Below are positions 1 to 7,816 of a DNA stretch of 43,715 nt, piece by piece. The notes beneath the pieces were generated by a model. That model ran no database searches and had not been told where the DNA came from. It saw only the letters and a program-made list of their open reading frames with translations. The position numbers and the translations under genes are program-made. Within the stretch, counting starts at the first letter, position 1. Every line of letters starts with the position of its first letter. Origin of the DNA: an uncultured Gammaproteobacteria bacterium (GTDB lineage: Bacteria > Patescibacteriota > Patescibacteriia > Buchananbacterales > GWA2-38-13); the NCBI GenBank assembly GCA_964373925.1, contig CAYJWS010000003.1:1-43715 (forward strand). Direction: 5' to 3'.

Positions 1-88
1 ACAAAAAAATAGAGTTGTTGAAAAAATTATAAACAGTTCATGCACATGTTATTAACAAAAAATAATAATTCCCTTATAATAATTCTCA

Positions 89-97
89 TGCTATAAT
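89..97 (+). promoter_or_regulatory. Candidate extended -10 element (TGcTATAAT) upstream of dnaA
   Basis: tgctataat at 89-97, about 60 nt upstream of the ATG at 160. No convincing -35 hexamer. Motif only. Confidence 0.3.
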
Positions 98-159
98 ACA
101 AGTTGTTTTTCTCCTAGTACTCCTTGTTTGCCCAAAAATTTAAAAATAAACAAATACAT

Positions 160-1515
160 ATGGATAAAAATCAGCTCTGGCAATCTGCTCTGGGTGAACT
201 TGAAATTTCGCTGAGTAGGGCGAATTTTATGACATGGTTTAAAAATACCTTCATAGTCTCATGGGAACAAAACAAAGTAATAGTTGGAGTTCCCAATACT
301 TTTACAAAAGCCTGGTTTGAAAAAAAATATCATAGCGATATAATAAAGTCTCTTCAAAAAATATCAGATAACCATGTTCGTGAAGTTGTATATCAGGTAG
401 TTGTAAGTAGAAATAATCCAGCATACATAGAATATCACACCGACAAGGTTTCATTAAAAGAAAATGTCTATAAACCACCAAGCAACGCCGTTCATGAAAT
501 CGGGCTTAATCCTCGATACACGTTTAATAATTTTATTATAGGTAAGGCCAATGAGCTGGCCCACGCGGCATGCATTGCGGTAGCGGAAAAACCAGGAAAT
601 GTTTATAATCCGCTCTTTATTTATGGCGGTGTGGGGCTGGGAAAAACCCATCTTTTACAGGCTATCGGCAACAAAGCCGTACACGAGGCTGAGAAAAAGG
701 TTTTGTATGTTTCGTGTGAAAAATTTACCAATGACTTTATTAAATCAATATCGTCAAATGTCACTGATAAATTTAAGAATATCTACCGGTCTGTGGATGT
801 TTTATTAATTGATGACATACAATTCTTGGCTGGAAAAGAGGGCACTCAAGAAGAATTTTTTCATACTTTTAATGCTCTTCATCAAAACAACAGACAAATT
901 GTCATTAGCTCGGATAGGCCGCCGAAAGCGATACCGGCGCTTGAACATAGGCTTGTTTCGCGCTTTGAATGGGGCATGATCGCCGATATTTCTTCGCCTG
1001 ACCTAGAAACGAGAATCGCCATTCTTGAAACAAAATGCAAAGAAAAAAACTTTTCTCTCGCGTCAGAAATTCTCCATCTTATAGCAGAAAATATTCAAAA
1101 CAATGTTCGCGAGCTTGAGGGCGCCCTAAATCGCATAATTGCTCATACGCAACTCCATAACAATTCGTCGATGTATGACATTGCAAAAAAAATTATCCAA
1201 ACAACAAACCCGACTCAACAAAAAAAATCAATTACTCCAAAACATGTAATAAATACGGTTGCGCAATATTTTGATATAAAAATAGATGATATTATGGGGA
1301 TATGCAGAAAGAAAAATTTTGCTCTACCTAGACAAATTATAATGTTTCTTATGAGAGAAGAAATAAAAAGCTCCTATCCCTTTATTGGACAAGAAGTTGG
1401 TAAAAGAGACCACACAACAGCGATACACGCGTATTCAAAAATAAGCAGGGCAATTAATTTTGACAACAAGCTCCGCCAAGATATAGAGTCATTAAGGGAA
1501 AAACTCTATAGTTAA
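160..1515 (+). CDS. dnaA: Chromosomal replication initiator protein DnaA
   Basis: Walker A GGVGLGKTHLL, Walker B LLIDDIQF, sensor SSDRPP, and a C-terminal HTH region (R-D-HTT-A-H). The ORF track begins at a TTG at 124. The first ATG (160, MDKNQLWQ...) is the more likely start, giving 451 aa. Confidence 0.95.
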   Translation: MDKNQLWQSALGELEISLSRANFMTWFKNTFIVSWEQNKVIVGVPNTFTKAWFEKKYHSDIIKSLQKISDNHVREVVYQVVVSRNNPAYIEYHTDKVSLKENVYKPPSNAVHEIGLNPRYTFNNFIIGKANELAHAACIAVAEKPGNVYNPLFIYGGVGLGKTHLLQAIGNKAVHEAEKKVLYVSCEKFTNDFIKSISSNVTDKFKNIYRSVDVLLIDDIQFLAGKEGTQEEFFHTFNALHQNNRQIVISSDRPPKAIPALEHRLVSRFEWGMIADISSPDLETRIAILETKCKEKNFSLASEILHLIAENIQNNVRELEGALNRIIAHTQLHNNSSMYDIAKKIIQTTNPTQQKKSITPKHVINTVAQYFDIKIDDIMGICRKKNFALPRQIIMFLMREEIKSSYPFIGQEVGKRDHTTAIHAYSKISRAINFDNKLRQDIESLREKLYS

Positions 1516-1740
1516 TATGCTGTGTATATAATGAGTATAAAAAGTGTGTTTTAATTATTTTAAAAATAATTATTTTCTTATTCACAGTTTATTCATATTT
1601 TATCCCACCACACTCAACAAGATATTATGTAAAAAAAAAATAAAACTACTCTTATAACACATAAAAACCACACTTCCACACATATCAACAGCGCTTACTA
1701 CTATTACTATTATATATTTATATAAATTAAAATAATATTT
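1516..1740. promoter_or_regulatory. Candidate oriC / dnaN promoter region (AT-rich dnaA-dnaN spacer with degenerate DnaA-box-like motifs)
   Basis: 225-nt non-coding spacer. TTATTCACA at 1578-1586 is one mismatch from TTATCCACA. TTATCCCAC lies at 1600-1608 and a TCCACA core at 1675-1680. A very AT-rich run at 1700-1740 could be a DNA unwinding element. No perfect box is present. Confidence 0.3.
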
Positions 1741-2889
1741 ATGAAGTTTACATGTACCCAAGAAAATTTAAAATACGGGTTGTCGCTTGTATCTCCAGTA
1801 TCATCTAAAAATATTAGCCTTCCAATACTTAATAATGTATTATTGCAAGTGGAAGATAGTATTATAAGACTTATCGCGACAAATCTAGAAATAGGCGTAA
1901 GTTGCGTTATTCGAGGAAAAATAGAAGAAGCGGGTTCTTATACCCTACCCGCAAAACTTATGAGTGACTATATACAATTGTTGCCAAAAGAAAAAGTTAA
2001 TATTTCTTTAGATAAAAATCAAGCACAACCTATTTTAGAAATTCAGTGTAAAAATTATAAGACAAAAATAAAGGGGGCACCCCCCTCAGACTATCCGCTT
2101 ATTCCAAAAATTAATAAAAAAACATCATACACCTGCGATATACATGATTTTAAAAAAGCAATCTCACAGGTAATTTTCTCGGTTTCTATAAATGAATCAC
2201 GCCCGGAAATTTGCGGAGTTTTGGCTATTTTTTTAGAAAACTCTCTTATTTTAGCCGCCACCGACAGCTATAGGCTCACAGAAAAAATGATTCCAATAAA
2301 GGGGTCGCAAAAAGAAAAAACAGAAGAACAAAGAATTATTATTCCGGCACGGTCCCTTTATGAATTTTCAAGGATTTTACATAATATTAAGACGGCAACA
2401 GATATTGATGATATTGACGATGTACAAATATCTTTTTCTGAAAATCAAATAGTTTTTACGGTCGGTGGCATTGAATTTACCTCTCGCCTCATAGAGGGCC
2501 AGTACCCAGACTATAAGCAGATTATCCCTCAAAAATTTGAAACATCATTTGAAGGAAACACGGAAGAATTTATTCAGGCCATAAAAACAACCAGCCTTTT
2601 TTCAAGAGGAGGAATATTTGATGTGATCTTAGAATTTTTACCAGAAACCAAAGAGGTGGTTATTCGATCGGGAAATAGCCAGGTAGGAGAAAATATTTGC
2701 AAGATTTCTTGCGCCATGCAGGGAAAAAAAAATAGCATTGTATTAAATTATAAATACATTCTTGATGGACTGCAAAACATTGATTCTCATGAATTAATAA
2801 TGGAGGTAATTGATGACGCGAACCCCTGCATTATAAAACCAAAAAACGTAAGCGGATATATGTATATAATAATGCCCATAAAACAATAG
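1741..2889 (+). CDS. dnaN: DNA polymerase III beta sliding clamp
   Basis: 382 aa immediately downstream of dnaA. Typical N-terminus (MKFTC.QE.L...L......S.K..LPIL.NVLL), ATD.YRL motif and RLIEG.YPDY motif. Confidence 0.93.
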   Translation: MKFTCTQENLKYGLSLVSPVSSKNISLPILNNVLLQVEDSIIRLIATNLEIGVSCVIRGKIEEAGSYTLPAKLMSDYIQLLPKEKVNISLDKNQAQPILEIQCKNYKTKIKGAPPSDYPLIPKINKKTSYTCDIHDFKKAISQVIFSVSINESRPEICGVLAIFLENSLILAATDSYRLTEKMIPIKGSQKEKTEEQRIIIPARSLYEFSRILHNIKTATDIDDIDDVQISFSENQIVFTVGGIEFTSRLIEGQYPDYKQIIPQKFETSFEGNTEEFIQAIKTTSLFSRGGIFDVILEFLPETKEVVIRSGNSQVGENICKISCAMQGKKNSIVLNYKYILDGLQNIDSHELIMEVIDDANPCIIKPKNVSGYMYIIMPIKQ

Positions 2890-3013
2890 GATTAAGAATT
2901 ATCGCGCGCGTAAAAATTTTTATTGGTAGATACAATAAATACGAGAGATGTATGTCAAAAACCCTCTCGAATCAAGAAGGTGTTTTTATAGAAACCTTAA
3001 GAGAATGCGGTAT

Positions 3014-5851
3014 TTATTGTATCTCAATAAGTATCTTTTCTCCTTGATACATATATCCGTCTTTATTTACAACACTAAAATATAGGCCATAAATTCCCGG
3101 ACCCGGGTATTGCGACCATGGCACCATTACCCTGGTTTCGGTAACTTGGCGCGATGATCCAATAAGCTGTTTTGTTTTTCCTGGGAATTCAGCATATGCG
3201 TTTATGGTATCTATGTTTTGCGGCCTAGAAATATCAAAAGCGATATCCAATGGAAAAGAATTTTTATTAAGAATTTTTCCATCTTTTGGGTATTCAAATA
3301 TAGCGCCCGGAGATATTTTTGGAAGATTGAGCACAACATCAACAAAGGCTTGCTTAACGTTTCCTACTTGATCATATGCCGATACGCGCAATGTTGTTGA
3401 TCCGTTAGGAATGTCATTATTATCTAGCAATATAGAGAGTGAATACGGTTCGAAATATTTTTCTCCAATAAGCTTGCCGCCAAGATAATATTCTATCCTC
3501 TGAATGCCTCTTGGGGAATATGCTTGCGTGTCTATAAAAATATTTCGTGAAGCTATAACTGCATTATTTTGGGGAGAGAATATTGCCACCGTGGGCTGGT
3601 TTTGGGGAGTATGAACATCATCATATTCAGTTGGAGGCTCTTCGGATATAATATTATTTCGCTTGCCCCAGTCTTGTATTGCGGATTCCCATATTTCAAA
3701 TTGAGGATCTGTATTGGGGTTTTGAGGAGGAGTGCCTCGAGGATCGTCTTTGTTTATGTAATAGAGAATAGAATGAAGCACTCGATAGGTTCTTTCTTCA
3801 ATAAAATCTGCTGGAGTATACTCTGTCGCGAGTTTTCCTGATATTGTATCAACCTTAACTTTAAGACCATCTTTCATAGAACCATTAAGCACAGGATTAT
3901 CAAGGGTGTTTAGTTCCGGCTGGATAAAATTTTCAACGGGGGTGTTTGCGAGCGCGGCTGCCATGTACGCGTTCCAGATGGGCGCGGCAACAACCGATCC
4001 GTCAGCGCCTTTTTTCATGGCTGAAAAATCATTATTTCCCACCCATACTCCCGCTACAAGCGATGGTGTGTATCCGAGTGTCCACGCGTCGCGATAGTCG
4101 TTTGTGGTGCCAGTTTTTACGGCAACGGCACGATCTTTAAGCGTTAATGAATTATTTTCTCCAAAAATAAAGGAGCGTGCCGAATTGTCAGAGAGAATGC
4201 TTGTGATTTGGCGGGCGATCTCCGTTTCCAAAACCTTGGATTTTTTTTCTTTATACTCTTCCAAAATTTCTCCATCTTTATTCTCAACGCGCAAAACACC
4301 CGTGGTTGGATGAAATTCGCCTTCGCGGGCAAATACGGCAAATGCGTTGGCGTGCTCAAGCAGCTTTACTTCGCCTCCGCCCAATACCAGAGAAAGGCCA
4401 AAACGCCACCGGTCTTTAAGCGTTGCGTAGCCGAGCTCGTCAGCGAGGTCAAGCACGTTGTTTATGCCAGTGAGATAAATCACTTTAACCGCTGGAATAT
4501 TGAGCGATCCCGCGAGAGCCTGGCGAAGTGTTACAGTCCCGTGTTCTTTGAGGTCATAATTTTTTGGGGCATATTCTTTACCGTCAAAATTTATAAATTT
4601 TGTCTCTACATCAAAAAGAACTGTTTCCGGAGTGTAGCCTTTTTTAAACGCGGCCGCGTATACAATTGGCTTAAACGATGAACCGGGTTGGCGCGCGCGA
4701 GTTGTGACATTAACCTGCCCGTCAATTTCTTCATTGAAATAATCTGCGGATCCGACCATGGCAAGAATTTGTCCTGTTTTTGGGTCAAGAGACAGTAACG
4801 CGGCATTGGAGGCGTTATATTGTTTGTTTTTTTCAACACGGTTATTTATTGCATCTTCGGCGAATTTTTGCTTGTCTCTATCAAGCGTTGTAATGATTTT
4901 GAGGCCTCCCTCGCCAACGGTTTTTTCGCCGTATTTTTCAGTGAGATATTCTTTTACGAACATAACAAAGTGGGGCGCGACAATATTTTCCAGCGACTTG
5001 CGATATGTTATCTTTTCTTCTTTTGCGGCCCGCGCTTCTTCCGCAGTGACGTAACCAAGTTTAGCCATGCTGTCCAAAACCCATTTTTGTCTGTCAGAGA
5101 GCTTATCCGTATGATTTCCTGTCGGGGAGTAATATGTCGGAGCCTGTGGAATCGCGGCAAGTATAGCGGCCTCGGCAAGCGTTATGTCTTTTGCGCTTTT
5201 GCCAAAAAAAGTCTGCGATGCCGCTTCAATTCCATACACCACCGAACCGTAGGGGATTTCATTAAAATACATTTTTAAAATATCGTCTTTTGAGAATTTT
5301 TTTTCAATCTGATATGAGAGGATCAATTCTTTTGCTTTCCGAGTGTATGTTTTTTCCGAGGAGAGAATGGCGTTTTTTACAAGCTGCTGCGTAATAGTGG
5401 ATCCTCCAACCCTCTCTTGTGATGCAATATTTTTAATTATCGAACGAATAATTCCAGCGACACTAAACCCCCTGTGTTCATAAAATCCACGGTCTTCCGC
5501 GGTAATGGTCGCCTGAATGGCATATTGTGGAATATCGGCAAGACTAATAGCCGTTCTCTTTTCGGCCCCGTGTATTTCGTATAGCACTGTTTGCCCCGTT
5601 CGGTCATATATCTTGGTAGTAAGGGGGACTTCACGGTCAATTATTTTATTTGGATTTGGAAGATCTCGTGATACCCACGAAATAAAAGCAACACCCGCGA
5701 TCCCAGTGCCGAGGATTCCGATAATTGCGCTATTGATGATATATTTAAAGAAAGACCTGATTTTTGAAGGTCTTGTATTGTGATTTCTACTAAAAAGTGG
5801 CCTGCGCTTTTCTGTTTTTTGATTACTGCGATTTGGAAAAAATTGAGACAT
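3014..5851 (-). CDS. Class A penicillin-binding protein (bifunctional transglycosylase/transpeptidase, PBP1A-type) with a roughly 300-aa C-terminal Ig-like extension
   Basis: N-terminal TM anchor. GT51 motifs EDRGFYEHRGF, GGSTITQQLVKN and RKAKE. Transpeptidase motifs SSFKP and KTGTTND. The C-terminal third resembles two bacterial Ig-like repeats (IQRIEYYLGGKLIG...LRVSAYDQVGN). Confidence 0.92.
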   Translation of the reverse strand: MSQFFPNRSNQKTEKRRPLFSRNHNTRPSKIRSFFKYIINSAIIGILGTGIAGVAFISWVSRDLPNPNKIIDREVPLTTKIYDRTGQTVLYEIHGAEKRTAISLADIPQYAIQATITAEDRGFYEHRGFSVAGIIRSIIKNIASQERVGGSTITQQLVKNAILSSEKTYTRKAKELILSYQIEKKFSKDDILKMYFNEIPYGSVVYGIEAASQTFFGKSAKDITLAEAAILAAIPQAPTYYSPTGNHTDKLSDRQKWVLDSMAKLGYVTAEEARAAKEEKITYRKSLENIVAPHFVMFVKEYLTEKYGEKTVGEGGLKIITTLDRDKQKFAEDAINNRVEKNKQYNASNAALLSLDPKTGQILAMVGSADYFNEEIDGQVNVTTRARQPGSSFKPIVYAAAFKKGYTPETVLFDVETKFINFDGKEYAPKNYDLKEHGTVTLRQALAGSLNIPAVKVIYLTGINNVLDLADELGYATLKDRWRFGLSLVLGGGEVKLLEHANAFAVFAREGEFHPTTGVLRVENKDGEILEEYKEKKSKVLETEIARQITSILSDNSARSFIFGENNSLTLKDRAVAVKTGTTNDYRDAWTLGYTPSLVAGVWVGNNDFSAMKKGADGSVVAAPIWNAYMAAALANTPVENFIQPELNTLDNPVLNGSMKDGLKVKVDTISGKLATEYTPADFIEERTYRVLHSILYYINKDDPRGTPPQNPNTDPQFEIWESAIQDWGKRNNIISEEPPTEYDDVHTPQNQPTVAIFSPQNNAVIASRNIFIDTQAYSPRGIQRIEYYLGGKLIGEKYFEPYSLSILLDNNDIPNGSTTLRVSAYDQVGNVKQAFVDVVLNLPKISPGAIFEYPKDGKILNKNSFPLDIAFDISRPQNIDTINAYAEFPGKTKQLIGSSRQVTETRVMVPWSQYPGPGIYGLYFSVVNKDGYMYQGEKILIEIQ

Positions 5852-5914
5852 AGTAAAAAGAAAAATGAAAACATGCGATGCGCACGTTGTTGCGTAAAAA
5901 TAACGCGTGGGAGA

Positions 5915-6802
5915 TTATTTTTCTGTTATAAGGGCGGCGCCAAGGATGTTTGCCTTTTCCTTTAGCTTCGCGCGAACTATTTTTGTTTTTTTTGAGACTA
6001 AAAATGGATTTTCTTTTCGCGCCACTGCAAACGCTGACCTCCAAAGCGCCTTTACTCGCACAAGACCCCCGCCGACAATAATAATATCGGGGTTGAGCGA
6101 GATAATAATATTACAGAGCCCTATGCCCAAGGCGTCGGACATTATGGATATGACTCGCTTTGCCGCGGCTTCTCCCTCAATGGCCTTATTTTCAATATAA
6201 AAAGTATCTTTTGTTTTTCCGGTAAGTTCTTGATAGAGGCTCACCATTCCAGTTCCCGATGCGTAGGATTCAAGATGTCCGCGCTTTGAACATCCGCAGG
6301 GATGACCATTTTCAGCAATGGTGGTATGCGCGAATTCTCCAGCAATTCCCTGTGAGCCGCTCAAGACACGCTTGTGCATGACAATTCCTCCGCCAATTCC
6401 GGTTCCGAAAGTTAATCCTACAACAAATTCATATTTTTTTCCAGCTCCGTACACGGCTTCGGCAAGCGCAAAGCAGTGACCATCATTATCAATGGATACA
6501 TCTTTCGCGAATTCTTTTTTAATTATTTTCGTAAGAGCGACATTTTTGAAATTTTTCGGCAGGTTTGGGCTTGATATGACTAGTCCATCGCGCGAGTTTA
6601 TCTGACCGGCAATGCCCACCCCAATAGCGTGTATTTTTGGGTTATCAAATATTTTAATCACCTTGATAATATTCGCAATAATTTTTGATTTTCCCAGATG
6701 CGCCTCCGTAGGAATTTTAATAACCTTTGGAACCTGGTTGTTGTATACGAGTCCAGCGGCAATTTTTGTGGCGCCCACATCGACGCCTATGATGTATTTC
6801 AT
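5915..6802 (-). CDS. ROK-family sugar kinase (glucokinase-like)
   Basis: N-terminal ATP-binding motif GVDVGATKIAAGLV. ROK signature GIGGGIV. Zinc motif PCGCSKRGHLESYASG. No N-terminal HTH, so a kinase rather than a repressor. Confidence 0.8.
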   Translation of the reverse strand: MKYIIGVDVGATKIAAGLVYNNQVPKVIKIPTEAHLGKSKIIANIIKVIKIFDNPKIHAIGVGIAGQINSRDGLVISSPNLPKNFKNVALTKIIKKEFAKDVSIDNDGHCFALAEAVYGAGKKYEFVVGLTFGTGIGGGIVMHKRVLSGSQGIAGEFAHTTIAENGHPCGCSKRGHLESYASGTGMVSLYQELTGKTKDTFYIENKAIEGEAAAKRVISIMSDALGIGLCNIIISLNPDIIIVGGGLVRVKALWRSAFAVARKENPFLVSKKTKIVRAKLKEKANILGAALITEK

Positions 6803-6888
6803 AACGAAAATTTTTAATTTAGAATTTCGAATTTTGAATCAATTTCGAATTTTTAAAAATTTAATTACTCAAAAGTCGAAATTCAAAA

Positions 6889-7812
6889 TTATTTCCTATA
6901 GTATTTCGCCGCCTCTTCGGGTGCGATAGGATTAATAATAACGCCTGATCCTATTTCTACTCCCGCCCAAACGCTTCCCCGCGGCACTATTTTCATATAG
7001 AGGTGCTGGTCTTCGTCGTGTACGACTTGATGAAAATAGAAGTTGTATGGAAGCTTTAGCATAGAAATTTTACCAAGGATGCGTTTGAGGATTTTTGCCC
7101 ACGAAAGCCTCTCCTGCGCGCTTAAGAGAGTAATATTATCAATGTGCCTTACGGGCATAATCCAGCATTCGTAATTATACATGGAGGCATAGGGAGTGAA
7201 TGTGATGACATTTTGATCTTGATACACCATCCTCGGGCCCTTGGATTCTTTCTTTATTACGTCACAGTAAACGCATCGGCCATGTTCAAGTTTGTATGCC
7301 TGGACTTTTTGCGATTTATCCAAAAGATGCGGAGGAAGAAAGGATGTGGCAAATATCTGTGAGTGCGTGTGCTGGATAGAGGCGCCCGCGCCGGCGGTGT
7401 TTTTGTGTATGAGAATATATTCTATTTTTTGGTTTTCCGAAATAATCTTTGTTCGCTGGGCGTATACTTCAAGAATTTTCGCCACATGCCCGTCTGAAAG
7501 TTTGTGAAATTGCTCGGTATGTTTAGCCGTCTCAATCACCACTTCTTGCTGGCCGTACGCGCGCGTGTTATCAAGCGTAACAGCAGAGAATTTATTGGGT
7601 ATTACCATGATATCCCATTTTTTAGAGCGTGTGGATTGCGTGGCAAGCACGGTATTATTTTTTTCTACGGTGCCGGGGCAGAAGACGCATATGCCCGCAG
7701 GTTTTTTTATCGGCACGCAATGGATGACGATATCGTTGGGGCGCTTGCCACGCTTAGGGGCGATTATGACGTACTCGTCTTGAATATAGTCTTTGCGAAT
7801 TTCAGAACGCAT
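6889..7812 (-). CDS. galT: Galactose-1-phosphate uridylyltransferase family (HIT-superfamily hexose-1-phosphate nucleotidyltransferase)
   Basis: N-terminal zinc knuckle CVFCPG and active-site motif GAGASIQHTHSQIF (H-x-H-x-Q). 307 aa. Confidence 0.82.
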   Translation of the reverse strand: MRSEIRKDYIQDEYVIIAPKRGKRPNDIVIHCVPIKKPAGICVFCPGTVEKNNTVLATQSTRSKKWDIMVIPNKFSAVTLDNTRAYGQQEVVIETAKHTEQFHKLSDGHVAKILEVYAQRTKIISENQKIEYILIHKNTAGAGASIQHTHSQIFATSFLPPHLLDKSQKVQAYKLEHGRCVYCDVIKKESKGPRMVYQDQNVITFTPYASMYNYECWIMPVRHIDNITLLSAQERLSWAKILKRILGKISMLKLPYNFYFHQVVHDEDQHLYMKIVPRGSVWAGVEIGSGVIINPIAPEEAAKYYRK

Positions 7813-7816
7813 AATT

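Noticed and set aside
124-159. N-terminal extension of dnaA from the TTG at 124. Similar upstream extensions exist for 7817-9793, 11891-13039, 23450-25126, 27085-29073, 30900-31433, 31727-32116, 37108-37413 and 41287-41745.
   Set aside because: In each case a downstream ATG gives a start that abuts the upstream gene's stop or begins a proper signal peptide or conserved N-terminus. The extensions overlap neighbouring genes or repeats, or use rare start codons.
2890-3013. Possible bidirectional terminator between dnaN and the PBP gene (cgagag...ctctcg and gaaggt...aacctt pairings).
   Set aside because: The stems are only 5-6 bp with long loops and no adjacent T-run, which is too weak to report as a feature.
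3218-5965. A dozen or more ORFs of 60-157 aa on both strands inside the PBP1A gene, for example 4208-4681 and 4820-5278.
   Set aside because: All lie within a 945-aa gene that has unambiguous PBP motifs. Their compositions are low-complexity or biased, as is typical of alternative-frame artefacts.
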